A stretch of DNA of 64,000 bases from Camelus ferus (lineage: Eukaryota), in NCBI RefSeq assembly GCF_009834535.1, contig NC_045697.1:113586001-113650000 (forward strand). Direction: 5' to 3'. Positions 23,241 to 36,922 of the stretch are shown piece after piece. Both the position numbers and the translations under genes were made by a program. Position 1 is the first letter of the stretch. Every line of letters begins with the position of its first letter. The notes beneath the pieces were generated by a model, which searched no databases, was not told where the DNA came from, and was given only the letters and a program-made list of their open reading frames with translations.

Positions 23241-25928
23241 TATTCAATTTTACGGAAAACAAATTGGTAACTGTGTTAGTTATTAATAAAATTAATACTT
23301 AAAGACACTCAGATTTTCTGTTCCAAATTATACTAAAACTGAATTATCCAACTGGTTGAATCTCATGGCTTAATTTAACGAAAAAGCCCAGAGCATAGGC
23401 ACAAAACTAATTGGTTCTAATTTTTTCCCTATGAAAATGTACCCCATTTGTCCCTTGTGATTATTCTGTGGCCGATCAGTTTATGAGAGTACTTGTGATT
23501 ATTCTGTAGATGCCTTAAATTTCTAGCATCAAAAAATATTTTAAAAATACTTACAAAATATATGTTTTTTTCATATTACATATAATTGTTTCTTTCTCTT
23601 TTGGTTTGATGTGTTGGATAATTGTTGGAAGGCACTGGGGAGATGAAGGCTTGGTCATTGCATCATAAGTTTACACACATGACTGGGAGTCGGTCCTTTC
23701 CCAGTCTGTTTTCATTTTTCCAGGTGAAGTTGGGCCTGCAACAGATTAATAAATAGCACCATCATTTGCTTCATCAGAACAAGTACTAGAATTTTGCTGA
23801 GTTGCTCACATAAGCCATTGTGAATTCTGCCATTCCCATTCTTCTAAAGGCAATTTCTAAGCCAGCAACTCACTGGCTCTGAGTTTGCGGAAATCACTAG
23901 AGATGTTAAAAAAAAAAAAAAAAAAAAGAACGTGTATGGGTTTTAGAACAGCATTATCTAAACACAGTAAGATATTGATTCTCATTATTATGATAATTGC
24001 TGAATAAATTAATTTCATGGCAGAAAATTAATCATAAACAGAACTCAAATGATTCAAGTAACCAAATTTCAGCATAGACCAGTGAGATAGAGAAATGAAC
24101 AAAATGTACTTTATCTTAGAAAATGTATTAAGTAAGCTAGGTTGATATGTACTTCAGAATTTTTCTCCAGATATTCAATTCCATGGTATATTTAAAAAAA
24201 CTGCCCTGGGTTTATATGAGTTATTATCAATAAGGCACTGAGGGCAAGGCCTGGCACAAAGTAAACACTCAACAGGTGTGTGGTTAGAAAATAAATAAAA
24301 CTTTGAATTAGTTAATTCTACGCTAGTCCCTGTTATGCCAAAATTTAGAGGCTTTGGGAAATTCACTAACCATTTTGTTTCCTCATTCATAAAATGAGGG
24401 AGACACACTGAGAGATGATCTTCAAAGTCATCAGATACTATAATCTCATTTTCCAATGATTTTGCAGAAAATCATTGACATTTGTGATAAAGGGTGTTTG
24501 TACAATTTTCCAGTTAAAGGAATAAAATAAAAACAATTCTTCATGACACGATATTTCTAGATATATGCCATTTCTAAAATTTTAAGCGAATTACTAAGAA
24601 GTTCTGTCTCAGCAATGTATTTAGAATTTGGAATAACAAGATCTATAATTTTAGAGCTAAAATTTGCAGTTTTTAATGCTGGGGGAAAAAATACCAGAAT
24701 TTTTAACAGACAAATGCATGGTACCAACCCCGCAATCACTGACAGCTTGAATACCAGGCACCTGAGTGCTTCCTTCACTTGTTGGAAAAAGAAGTCATAC
24801 TGGCCTTATTGAAAATGAGATATAAAGAAATTAATGAAGTCAAGGGATAGTTACCAATTATGAATTTTAGTTCTGAATTGATGACTTCATGTACATTAGT
24901 TATATTTTGTTAATTACTCAAATGTTTGCAAATCTTTCTATAGAAATTTCTTTGTCATCTGTTTTTAGACATTTTTGTCATCTGTGAAGGTTATTACTTT
25001 TATAGATCACATATATTAAGGTTTACTACTGAAATATATGAACACAAATTTGTTAATTATGTAATTATTTGATGCTTATTTTTATAATAATAAACTAAGG
25101 AAGGTTATTAAAATTTCCTGAATACTTTTTTCCATATATTTAAATTACCATATATTTTCTTTTAAAAATATTTTACTTGATAATGGATTAATTTCATTTA
25201 TTAAATATTTCTAAAGGTAAGCATCCTTATATTTTGGATACTCAATCCTGATAAGTCCCATTGATTTCTTTTTAATATACTTTTGAATTAGGATAATGAT
25301 GATTTTAGCCTTTTTTCCTCTAGTTTCGTAAGCCATGTCAGTATGTCGTTTTCTATCCTCGACTACTCCTGTTTAATTTTACAAACAATAATATGTGTAA
25401 TATGAATCGGATCTCTTTTCCTCATTTGCCAGTAAGTGGATTTTATTGGAGAATGATCGTTTGATCTTGAAGGTAAGGTAAAATTCCCCCATAAAAACTG
25501 TCTGTATTTGTTGCCTTTTGGGTGAGAAAACATGAGGAAAGATTTTCTAGCTAAACTGGATAAACAAGTTCTCATAATAATGTAAATGGGAGTGTAATAT
25601 GGTACAACAACTTTGGGGAAAAATTTGTCACTTGTAAAGTTTATCTTTTTGATAGTGTAATAATTTTTAAGGCTATGTGGTCAAGCCACACTTGTTTATT
25701 ATACAACAAAAATGGGGCTTTATTTTTATTAATTTATTTTGTATTTTTATTTATCATGCTATTATTTTACCTTTTTTTTTGTCCTTTCTCAGACCAGCAT
25801 TAACTCATATTTTCACTTTTATGTTTACCCATTTACAGTGATACTGGCAATATCGCAGATTTCGTTGCATAGGGTTAGCTAAACTTCTAGCCTGTAAGCT
25901 CTATCTGGTTCACTCAATGCCTTTCCAT

Positions 25929-26079
25929 ATGAAATGGTTAATTTTATATATCAACTTGGCTAGGCTATGGTACCAGTTGTGTGGTCCAACATCACTCTAA
26001 ATATAGCTGTGGAAGTATTTTGTAGATGTGGTTAACATTTAAATCTGTAGACTTTGAGTAAAGCAGATTACCGCCATAA
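25929..26079 (+). mobile_element. ERVL LTR 5' part, MLT2-like
   Basis: 'atggttaattttatatatcaacttggctaggctatggtaccagttg...gactttgagtaaagcagattacc' is the MLT2 start. Confidence 0.85.
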
Positions 26080-26420
26080 CCTTTAGAGGAATACCACTTT
26101 TACATTCACATAAAGATAAAAAGTTGCAGAATAGAAAATAACGTTTGTTTTGTTGGAGGTTTACAGGGCACCATGACCTGACCTACATGGACAGCTGCAG
26201 GAACAAAGGATTCCAACACCAAAATGTTTGCAACAACCAACTACACCTCCTCCCCTTCTTACTATGAAAGGAGACTGAATTCTGTCTTGGGGAAGATGGT
26301 TCTCCAGGACATTAGTCCATCATCTCGGTCTGCTGGTTTTCTAAATAAAATCATTGTTCCTTGTCCCAACACCTTGTTTCTCTGCCATGTGGTAAGCAGA
26401 ATGAGTTTGTACTTGGTACT
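26080..26420 (+). mobile_element. MER41-like ERV1 LTR (5'-truncated)
   Basis: Homologous in reverse to 22456-22974 ('ttggaggtttacagg', 'tgacctgacct', 'aagatggttct...gacattagtccatcatct', 'aataaaatcattgttccttgtcccaacac'). Confidence 0.85.
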
Positions 26421-27918
26421 ATAGAGAAATTTATATTTTATATATATACATATATATATATATATATGTAGTATATAGCCTCATGGGTTGGTCAATGGTA
26501 GCTTTTTGCTTTGTTTTTTTCAGAATAAATACTTGTTTTAGTTTTCTTTTTTTTAATACCAAATATGTTTGGGGCAGAGATAGAGATAATGGTTGGGGGC
26601 ACATCAACTTAAATAGATTTCCTCTGCTTTTTATCTGCATCGCATTTCAGATTCTTTTATACCAATCTTTAAATTCTGTTGCACAGTAAAAATACCAAAG
26701 CATTTAATTTTTGTTTTCACTTTTAGCCCTTGTATTTTTTCTTAAAAATTAGTGATATTTATACTCCCATTTTATCTAAATTACTATGACTAAATTATTA
26801 TAATTTAATATTTGTTTTTGGTTTTATATTCTTATCAATATTTGCTGTAAATAATTAAGCTTGTAGACAAATCATAGTAAACTTCTTGTTAATATTTGAT
26901 TTAAATTCTCAAAATGTATAAAGATCTTTTTATAGAATATTTGTGGATTATAACAGATCAAGACAATAATCTCTCAAACAAAAGGAAGTACTGGAAGTTA
27001 GTTTTTGAAGTATTCACATAGATGTCCTCCAATGTCATTTTTCTGTGATTTGAACACATTTGTAATATGTCACGTAATTGCAAAAGTAAATCAAAACATT
27101 TTAGTTTGAAAAGCCATTATATATTATCTTACATTTACTACATTTTAATAGGCAAACATATGTTGTCAAAATATTTTTACTCAAAATAAAAAAGTATTTT
27201 TAAAAAATTCTGGGTCTATGCTATTTTGCTATAAGATTCTCAGAATATATTTACTGAACTCAATCTTTGGAAACAGTACCCACTTCCAACTTGCAGTTCA
27301 TGTCACTACAATATAAAATTTGATTGGCTTATTATTTTTATTATGTGGAAAGAATTCAAGGTTATGCCAATAAGTATGTCACTTTCCTAGCACTTGCATT
27401 CTGTACACATTCTTTAGAAGGAAGAAGACAGCAATGGTACATCATTGGTATGTGTTTCAATGTTAGAATAAAAATGACAAAATGATTGAAAAATATTTCT
27501 CTAAACCATAGAAAGATTTCTACACATAGCAAGGGGAAACCATACGACAGCTTTTGTACTATGCCGTTTTTACCCCCAACACACAAAAAAGTGAAGAAAC
27601 GTATAATCACAAAGCGTTTTCAGTGAGTAAGACAGATAGATGTTGGCATTCACATATTGTCAAAATGCCATCTCTCTTGCATACATTATAGGCGCACATT
27701 GATTCCACTATTTCTTTTCCAGTCTACTCCAATGAACACAAAATAATCAGTGCTCAAAACAAAAGGTTCTGCTTCTTTGTCAGGGGCATTCAGTGATAAA
27801 CAGTGCAAAGAGTTGCCCACAATTTCTTTGTTATGTATGAGTGGCTTATATGCTGACACTCATACTAAGGAAAACCTCAGTTCTGCTGTCTCTTTCCCAC
27901 TTCATCAATTGTTCCTTC

Positions 27919-28443
27919 TGTTAGGTAGTTAGATAAGTGGGGGCACTAGGTAGATAAGGTGGAGGAGAGGAAGCAGGGTCTGGAAGATAAAGTATGCCCA
28001 CCTCCAGCATAAAGGGGCTTTACTTCTCCTAAATGAGTGCCAGCCAGAAACCAGTTAGAATCCGACAGCCATGACTGCGTGGTAGCACAAAGACCTAACC
28101 AGACATGACCAGTGCTCATTGTCATGTAATTAGCATTGCAGTTTAGCCCCCACCCATGGGTTTGTCTGTGTGCATTGTAAGGACATGCACAAAAGGGGAT
28201 GAGTATGACTAAGCACTGCTGTCAATCAGTCAAGAGACCACCTCTAAGGGAGAGTTTAAGACAGGCAACCAAGCAAACATTGGGGCTGGTATCTGCCCTT
28301 GGAGCATCCCACCTCCCATTCTTGAAGGTGTACTTTCATTCTGTTAAATAAAATCTTTCTTTAAAATCCATCTTCTATTTGAATTCTTCTCTTTCAGGTA
28401 AGACAAGAACCAGGGTGATTTCCCTTCCCTTTTGGAGGTAATG
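27919..28443 (+). mobile_element. ERV1-type solo LTR
   Basis: Starts TGTTAGGTAGTTAGA; contains 'gtgtactttcattctgttaaataaa' and 'gaattcttctctttcaggtaagacaagaacc'; ends GGTAATG (likely decayed GGTAACA); 4-bp TSD CTTC at 27915-27918 and 28444-28447. Confidence 0.75.
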
Positions 28444-28569
28444 CTTCTATATTATTTAATTCATAATATAAAATATGCCAACAACCTCTTTTTCTCCCAT
28501 ATGGGAAAAGGAAGCAATACAAAACTCTTTTTTTTTTTTTTTTGACCTGACATACACTCATACTACCAT

Positions 28570-29010
28570 CTAATATCTCTGCTTCTTTTTGCAATAAAAT
28601 GCCTGAAAAGAGTTCTCTATACTCCCTGTCTCCAATATTTCCCTCTCTGTTTTCCGTTAGATAAACTCCCATAGGCTTTGACCTTCACAATTCCATCCAA
28701 CCTGGAATTACGAACAGTCACTAAAGATTTCTACAGTTGCCAAATCCAATAACCAGTTTCTAGCTTTATCCTGGTTTACTTCTCAACATTTACATCTGCT
28801 TTCTCATAACATACCTTTTTCACTTAGCTTCAAGAACATCACACTATAGTTCTCTTTATGGAAGTGCTGGAAGATTTTTGTTCAGTTTTCTTTTGCTGCT
28901 TCCAGTTCATCTCACCAATTCTCTTTTCCTGCCTTGATGATCTTATCCAATTGAAGTATCATCCGTGTGGCATCTTCAGCGAGGACTCTTTCTTGATCTA
29001 AAGACTTACA
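28570..29010 (+). mobile_element. L2 ORF2 fragment
   Basis: 'aaagagttctctatactccctgtctcca', 'gttgccaaatccaat', 'cacttagcttcaagaacatcacac' are typical L2 motifs. Confidence 0.75.
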
Positions 29011-30269
29011 CACATAATTTCCAGGTGCTGGAAATGCAAAGATGGAGAAAGAGATAATCTCATTCTTTAAAACACTTGGTTTAGTAAGAGAAAGAAATAC
29101 TTTATTAGACAACAAATTTTTAAAGTCTTAGCTATAAAAATGTTAAAGTAACACAAAGAAATGCATGTTTATGTAAAAAAGGGAGGGTAGGGATGGAAAG
29201 AGAAAGAGAGGACTTCAGCTTGTGGAAGAATGCTGCCAAATATTTCTTTAAAAATATTTTATTGATTATTGCTTTACATAATTCTAATTAAAATTAAATG
29301 TCTAGATTTATGATATAAGTCTTGATTTAAATTCTATGTTACAATTTTGCATTGTAAAGAAATACACTCTCTGAATGTTATACAGGGCAGGTAAAGTGCC
29401 CATTTAGTGGGTTATATATAGTGGATTATAGTCCCTATTCTTTTATTTTTCCCTATGGCCTCTTTCTATGTTTCTGATCTTTCATATTAAGTCATAGAAG
29501 AAAAACATATATATGCATTTTTTACACATTTATATGTTATATAAGAATGTTTCTATACACACAAGCACACATGCACTCTATATACCGAGTTATTACCAAA
29601 TAAAGATATAAAAATCATGGGACAAGGACAATGAGAGTTAACCGTTTCGTATCATTATCTTTTTCCATTTTCCTTATTTCAATACATCTATTACTTGCAT
29701 ATTAAAAACAAACTCAAGTTCCAGGGATTGCTTTATGAAACAAACATTTCAATTTTATGGACAAAGAGGGGAACAGCTGTCACATAATCTTTCTCCAGGA
29801 TTTTCAGGCCAGCACAGCAATTATAAAGCAGGACACTCTGTCTAATGTAGCTGACATGTAATCAGCTTCCACTGTTGCTTTGGCCAGAATGGATGTGTGT
29901 TCAATTTTGTAAGAAAAACATCTTTATTGAGCAGGAAATTCTTCCTAAATGACTTTGCATTAGGTGAAACAATATTCTTTCATGATCATAATGGTGTTTT
30001 TGAAAGGATACCACAAATAAATTTGGCTTGATAAAAATTATCTATCTATAGTCTATCACAATTATTTTGGAAGTCAGCGTAAGTCAAAGGTCTCTATTTC
30101 TAGAAAATAAATACTAGCTTTTTCAAAATTCCAGCTTCTAATAATTGCTGAGAATCCATTAATAGGACAACAAAATAATCAGATGAAAGGGCTGCAGAAT
30201 TACAAAAACCTACAACATAAAGATTGTCGGATGGGCATCTTTTTATACATTTGTGTTTGGCATCCATAT

Positions 30270-30550
30270 AGAACTCACTATGTGCTGTATAAATATTAAT
30301 TCATTTGATTTTAAGTACCAATACTATGAAGGAGTTATTCTTATTGTTTCCATTTTACAAATTCTTATTGTTTTCATTTCATTTTATAAAAATTAAAAAT
30401 TACATTTTTAAAATTTGTATTTATAAATTTTATAAATATAACCTTTTCAGGGAGGTTAAGTAATTTGCCTGTGGTTGCACATCTGGTACACGGCAAACCT
30501 GGAACCTGGAAAGAGGCACTCTGATTCCAGAGTCTGCATTCTTAAACAGG
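30270..30550 (-). mobile_element. MIR with AT-rich internal expansion
   Basis: 'cactatgtgc...cattttacaa...gggaggttaagtaatttgcctgtggttgcaca...ctctgattccagagtctgcattcttaa'. Confidence 0.75.
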
Positions 30551-31949
30551 ACTCTGTGTCTTGTTTAAGCACTAACTGCAGTGATAAATTTGAAGAGGTA
30601 CTCCCATCACTGTTATCTCATACAAATAAGAAGTCTTCCACATACTAGGGGCAATTGAAATATAAAGAATGAAAGGAAAAAAGAGAGAATACAATTGATG
30701 AAACTTGAGGGGTGAGACATGAAAAAGATGATTATACAAAAAAGGAAGAAAAATCCTTTTCTTTTTATGTAGAAAAAAGTTATTATACAAAAACCAAGAA
30801 TCTATTTCATGGTCACATAGTAAAATATTCTTAGTTTGGGATTAGAAGATTCATTGTCAGTTTGCCATTGCCTTTGGTATAATCTAAAAAATTCTGGATG
30901 AAAGGGTAGAGATTAAAATTCAAGTCTTCTGTCTGCAAAGTGCTCCATGTGCTGTCTAGGACAAACTGTCCTCTTCAGAACTGATTTCTCATTTTTATAA
31001 GGTTACTTGACTGACCTATAATTCTACACAGTGAGTTGGCCAATTGCCTAAAGGGTTCTATAAAGACGTTGATAGCTTTTTCTCTTTGGACACTTTTTAT
31101 CTTATGCAACTTGTTTCATCCATTAGGGGAAATGTATTTTTATTATCGCTTGTTACTGCTGTGAGACCAATTTTTTAAAGTGAAGTTTATAGACTACAGT
31201 GAAAGTAATTGACCTAAGTCATATTTTTGTCTCTTGATGGCAGAGGAAAAATGATATTTTTGAAGATTTTTGTCTTTGGACACTTTTTATCTCATGAAAC
31301 TTATTCAAGTTTTTGTCACTCTACAGCTTCTGTCCTAGAATTTTGTGAAACTATTCGTATGTTTACTTTGCTTAGAACTTAGAGAGGAATTTTCTGCCCA
31401 TATTTATCAACTAAACATTCAATTACAGATTTCAATGATAAATTCTAACCTTCCTACTGACTTTATATTCTCCTATTTCCAAACAGTTATTTTTTTTATT
31501 TTAGGTTCTATTTTTCTGGAAGCCACTTCATTCCTTTATGGCATAAATTGATATATAAGTTAATAATAATAAAATAAAATATGATTTAAGTAACAGCATT
31601 AGAGTAGTCTTAGAAGTTTAAAAACCTTTACTTTCTAACTTTTTCCTTCTTTTTCCCTCCTTCTGGATAGCAGTGAACATCCATCAAAACTGTAAATTAT
31701 GTCCTAAGATTAAAAAAAAAAATTGAACATTTTTTCTGAATAATATCTTCATATCCTGAGTCCATATACTTCCATTCCTAATTCTAAAGTTTTTGCGGAC
31801 CACTGAATTATCCTATGTTCTGCTTCTCTAGAAGGAAACATTTGAATTAATAATAATTCTTCTTTGATTTCCATTTGCAACAGTAAGAGGAGAATCTATC
31901 AACTCCCAGAAGGAGATTAAGTTAAAATTGACAAAACATGCTTGGGATT

Positions 31950-32044
31950 TATACATATATACATGTATACATAATACACACACACACACACACACACACA
32001 TATATCTTATTGGTTCTGTTTTTCTTAAAACCCTGACTGAAATA
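31950..32044 (+). mobile_element. MLT2-like 3' end with (CA)n
   Basis: (CA)n followed by 'atatcttattggttctgtttttcttaaaaccctgactgaaata', resembling the MLT2 terminus. Confidence 0.7.
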
Positions 32045-32504
32045 GGTGCCTACATGAATAATTTAACAAATTAACTTTTAATTCTTCTAACAGAATGAAC
32101 ATAGCAGAATTTAACCAGTAAAATTCATTGACATGTGAAAGTTCCTCAGTGATAAAGCATTCCACTTCCTACATTCTGGGAAATTATGCTTACGGGGCTC
32201 AGGTAAGTCTTTCTCAATATTTCAGTAATGCCGTAATATTTAGCCTGACAATTTAATGAAAGGTGCCAAAACACAATTTCCAAATTATGTAGGAAACAGT
32301 TTCTGAATTATCTAGATGGTTTTTATTTGGTCCAAATATAGAATTATTTTTTTGTGTCTCCTTTGAGTGTTTCCATATGTAGAACATATAGAATACAAGG
32401 AGATTCGAGTTAATAGTTGAACATGCCCTCTTATGAAAAGAAGAAACTAATTAATTTATCAAATATTTATATATATTAACTTTTTACTCTTGAGACTTAA
32501 ATGT

Positions 32505-32590
32505 TTTATTGAAGTATAGTTAACTTACAAGATGTCAATTGTTTCTAGTGTACAGCTATATATATTTATTTTCAGATGGCTTTCCATAGT
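32505..32590 (-). mobile_element. Short L1 3' end
   Basis: 'ttttattgaagtatagttaacttacaa...tttctagtgtacagc'. Confidence 0.75.
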
Positions 32591-33424
32591 ATGACATAGC
32601 TTTTAAAAATATCCATCTATCTTGATTTTTAATTTCAGAATATCATTGCTTTCTAAAATAATTCTTTCTTCTTCCTTTTACACTCAAATGTTTTTCCTGC
32701 TAAATTTCCATTCATTGTCTTCTTTAAGAATAGACTTTTATCTTCTGAAAACAAACAAAAATAAGAATTTGGAATGAACATCCTTTTGAATATTAAAGCT
32801 CTTTATTCTGGAAATAAGAGTAAACAGTTGTAATTTTAGAATATTTTGGTACTTGGAATCAGGATGCTTTCACCTGATTAAAGAAATATCCCACTTGTCC
32901 TTGGCTTTCTTAGATAATTATATGACTGATATAAAATAATGTCTTAATTGTTAATAGAACTAGACATTTGTTACAATAAATGTAATGACTAGGCAGCTAA
33001 TCAGGTTGGAAGCAGACCATGTGTGCTATTATTTGCATTATTCCTGTTTGGATTGAAACAAATTGAATAATCTAAAAGAACCCTTAAGAGTGTTTTTACT
33101 CATCTCCCTTAAGTCTGGAACAGTTTCCAAACGACACATTTAGCCTTCCGTCTGTTTCTTCACTGTATGATTCTCCACCATTTTGTCTATCTGCCTAGAA
33201 CAAAAAGGCAACAGCAAATTAAAAGATATAACAGTTTCAAATAGGAAGAAAAAAGCACAAACATATGCACACATACATGTGTATGCACACACACACGAAA
33301 CAGAAGAAACCAGAGACAAAAAGTCCACAATCACAGAAACAGACACCAAATGCAGCCCAATCACAATGACAACCCTTCCAAAACCGTGTGTTCTTGTGTT
33401 CAGAGTTATTTTTTTCTCTTCATT

Positions 33425-33545
33425 AATTCACTCAACATATTCATTCAGCAAATATCAATCATGCACCTAGTCTATGCCAAGCACTGTTCCATGTATTAGG
33501 TTTTCACAGCGAAGAAGGCAGATGAAACTATCTGCCCTTCTGGAA
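33425..33545 (-). mobile_element. L2 3' end
   Basis: 'tcattcagcaaatatc...gcacctagtctatgccaagcactgttc...tctgcccttctggaagtt'. Confidence 0.75.
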
Positions 33546-35012
33546 GTTGCATTTTCTATATTCCAATGTATCTTTAAGGAACTTGAGTTTACCTGCTTTG
33601 TTCTGTGTTTTTAAACACTCCTTTATTACATTCTGTATTAGCATATACAGAGGTAAAATACATCTCCTTGGGGTAAGTACATTTCTCATTCAATCACTAA
33701 CTCTCATAATGCCCTTACTGCATTCATCTCTGAGTTTATCATGTAAAATACCTTACTTCTCATTCACATTTATCTTTTAAATTTTATTAATTTTTTGTAT
33801 TTATTATAATGGAAGTCATTATACATATAAAATCCATATAACACAGCTTTATATGTGTGTTTATATATGTATATGCATGGGTTTGTGTATATATATACAT
33901 ATATATATACTTTAAAGAATCCTTGCAACAAATTCTTACCACCACGTTAAGGTAACTGGTTGCTGATACTTCTGAAAATTCATAGTAGGTTCCTCCCAAG
34001 CCGATCTATCCGCCTTTCCTCCTTCACTTTTACTCATGCAACTGTACTTTATGTTTATGTTACCTCTCTTGTATTCCTTAAATGTTTTATCATTTATATG
34101 TCTGTGTTTGTATATACACGTTTATATATACATAAACTTGTTGTTCAGTTTTTTATGTTTGAACTTTCCAGTTTCAATTTTGAATAGACACTTGTCCCCA
34201 ACGATTTGCAATGGCATCTCTGAAAAATCAATCTTCAATAAATGTGATTTTATATATATACATATATATCTATATACACACACATATATACATATATATG
34301 TATGTTTTATATTTGATAAGACTCCTTTTGCCTATTCCTGCACAAATATACCAACATTTATGACAAGTCTCATAACCTGGTACAGCATTTCTGCCCAACT
34401 TCTTTTCCTTGTTGCTATGATGTCAAGTCTTTCTATTCAATACCTTATCTTCTTTAATGTTCTGCAAGAAATCCTTTTACTCCTTATAAATTTCACCTCA
34501 TATTTTGCTTTATTCTTTAGTACTTTTTACTGTATTATGAATTCTACTTTTAATAATTTTTTCTAACAGATGATTTCTTACATACAGAAGTGAAGTTTCC
34601 TTTTATATAGAAAATTACATCCAGAAATTTATCCATAGTACTTTGGGCACAGATTATTGTATGCATTCTGTGTACCTAGCAGTTTATTTCTTTCATTCAG
34701 TATTTTATTTATTGTTATTATATAAAAATGTTATCTTGCTAACAAGAAATTTCTGTAAAATATTCATTAAAACAATATTGTTATTGATTCTAAAGGAAAC
34801 ACTTTTTCCTATTTCTCCATTAGCAGTGACAGTGACTAATTATGTTTTCTTCTACTAATTAGTTAAATTTGATGAAGGATTAAGGCTGTGAACTGATTGC
34901 TAGTTTTAATAGAACAGAATTCAACGGTGTCTTTGGCCTGGAGTAACTGGGACTAAAATCTGATCATCAGGGCCTTAAGAGAAAGCCAGAAGTAAAAAAT
35001 TAAAGAAGTTGG

Positions 35013-35200
35013 TGTATTAGTTTCCTATTGCTGCTGTAACAAATTATTATAAATTTCTTTGCTTAAAATGACAGGGTAGTTTAATTCTCTTACAATTTTG
35101 GAGGTCAGAGTTTCTAAAAAAGTCCAGCAGGGCTGTGTTCCTTCTGGAGGCTCCAGAGAAGAATTTGTTTCTCTGGATTTTCTACCTTCTAGAAGCCTCC
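35013..35200 (-). mobile_element. MaLR LTR, MLT1C/D-like 3' part
   Basis: 'tgtattagtttcctattgctgctgtaacaaattattataaa...gcagggctgtgttccttctggaggctccagagaagaat'. Confidence 0.88.
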
Positions 35201-35209
35201 TGGAATCTC

Positions 35210-35520
35210 TGGTAAGACTGGGCAAGGGAAGGAGGGTTGCAGGGAATGGCTAATCAGCTCATGCACAATTCTGATTGGTGGAAGATGAGGTAACAGGGTG
35301 GTCAACAGTACCAACCCCTGGGCACCAGAAGGTCTGGGGGCAATGTGCTCAGGGTCATCTAATCTAATTTCATCCCTTTGGTGGTGGTTTTTAGCATCTG
35401 AAACACTCAGGAAATATACATGAGATACTAAGATCTGGGTGCTTCAGAGAGGAGCTCCAGTAGAGGATAAGGGGGTGGGGTCTGTCCCAGGAATGCCCCA
35501 CAGGGTCCCGCTCCATTACA
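35210..35520 (-). mobile_element. ERV LTR fragment (5' part)
   Basis: Minus strand starts TGTAATGGAGCGGGACCCTGTGGGGC; CCAAT ('tctgattgg'); GC-rich relative to flanks. Confidence 0.7.
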
Positions 35521-36712
35521 AATTTCCATTTTCCCTTTGTAACCTACCCCAATGATTTTTTTCCTTCTTATTTCAGTGATATTCCTAACTCCTACTGGAC
35601 TGAGCCATCTTTGGTTCATGAACTTTAAGCACATTTCTCCATCCTCTCCTGTGCTAGGATAATTTAACAAGTCCGCCTCAATTCACCTTGACTTGCACAA
35701 ACAAAATAAGAGGATTGTCTTATGAACACTGCTGCTTTTTGCTCTGTAACATAAAAGCTACCAAAGCAAGGAAAAACAAGTGTATTTAGAGACGGATAAG
35801 AGAAAATCAATATAGCAGTGGTAACAGAAAATAAATGACTACTTTAATATTTTTATGATATAAATATAAGAAAGCAGTATTTTGATTGTTTTTATTGAAA
35901 TAAATAAGAGCAATAGCTCATACTCTTTAGTAACCTTTATACTTTATGTCAAATAATTATCTAAGGCATTTATTAATCTGGATTATATAGAGGAGTCTCC
36001 TTATAGCTGCTGTAATTTCTTATAAAGTGGATAACTTTTCATGCAGCCATTAAGAAAGACTCTCTATAATGTTTCACATTTCACATGTTAGAAGCAAACA
36101 ATGGTCATGGAATCAGGGAGAACAGTGGCAACTTTGGAGTATAGAGGACTTCAGATTAACGAGTGAGGGTGGATCTGTTAACATTCTTTGATTGTAAATA
36201 AGAGAAACCAACTTCACTGTAGTTCAGAAAAAATAATTTTCTTATTTTATGCAATCCAGTGTTGTCGTAAGGAAGCATCCTCTTTCAGTTTCCATACTCC
36301 TTGTGATATTCAAATTGTTCTACAGTAACAGATAGAATTCCCTGCGGTTATTATCACAAAGATGTAGGAGCCACTGTTGATAGATTAATTAACTGCTTTG
36401 CAACTTCCTGTCGTGGGGAGGTACTGTCTCATCTGGGTCTTCTAATAGCAGTCTCACAGCTCTTTCCCCAATGGGTAAATATTTCCCAATGCTACACATT
36501 TCTCGAAGGATCTATTGCTGGCCCTCACTCCTGGAAGTCATTTTGGGGCCAACTGGTATTCTGTGATTGCAAGCAAAACACAGCAACTCTAACTAAATGG
36601 AGGGAAAAATGAATTTTCAATAGGAATCTAGGTAATCTCATAAGCCCCAAATAGTAACTGAGTAACCTGGCTCATGAAAGATAAAAATCACTGCAGCTTC
36701 AGTGACCCCTGT

Positions 36713-36922
36713 CAAGGATGAGCAAGCTTTTTTCCTTACAGAGCCAGATGGTCGATATTTTAGGTTTGTGAGCCATTTGATTTTTTGCCACTCCTCACCT
36801 CTGCCATTGTCGTGTGAAATCAGCCACCTGTGGTATGTAAGCCAGTGAGCATGGCCATGTTCCAACAAAGCTATTTATAAAAATGGGAGACTGATCCTTT
36901 CCCCAGAGTTTGCTGACTTCTG
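36713..36922 (+). mobile_element. MER58A-like hAT-Charlie non-autonomous DNA transposon
   Basis: Degenerate TIRs 'caaggatgagcaagct'...'agtttgctgacttctg'; internal 'gccagatggtcgatattttaggtttg' and 'ggccatgttccaacaaagct'. Confidence 0.8.

Noticed and set aside
7109..23756. Phase-compatible chain of plus-strand pseudo-exons (7109-7161 STVDLSPLPNFGPHWKQ; 19847-19916 DHSPVVDEKF...; 20669-20769; 23724 VKLGLQQINK*)
   Set aside because: Frames were chosen after the fact, several splice sites are weak, the 20669 segment looks L2-derived, and the joined peptide resembles nothing I recognise.
24557..24680. Minus-strand acceptor TTTTTTCCCCCAG followed by an open frame to a stop
   Set aside because: No recognisable peptide or convincing donor; such acceptors are common in AT-rich DNA.
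34036..34566. 176-aa ORF, the longest in the track
   Set aside because: Low-complexity TA/CA repeats and antisense L1 fossil; no protein-like composition.
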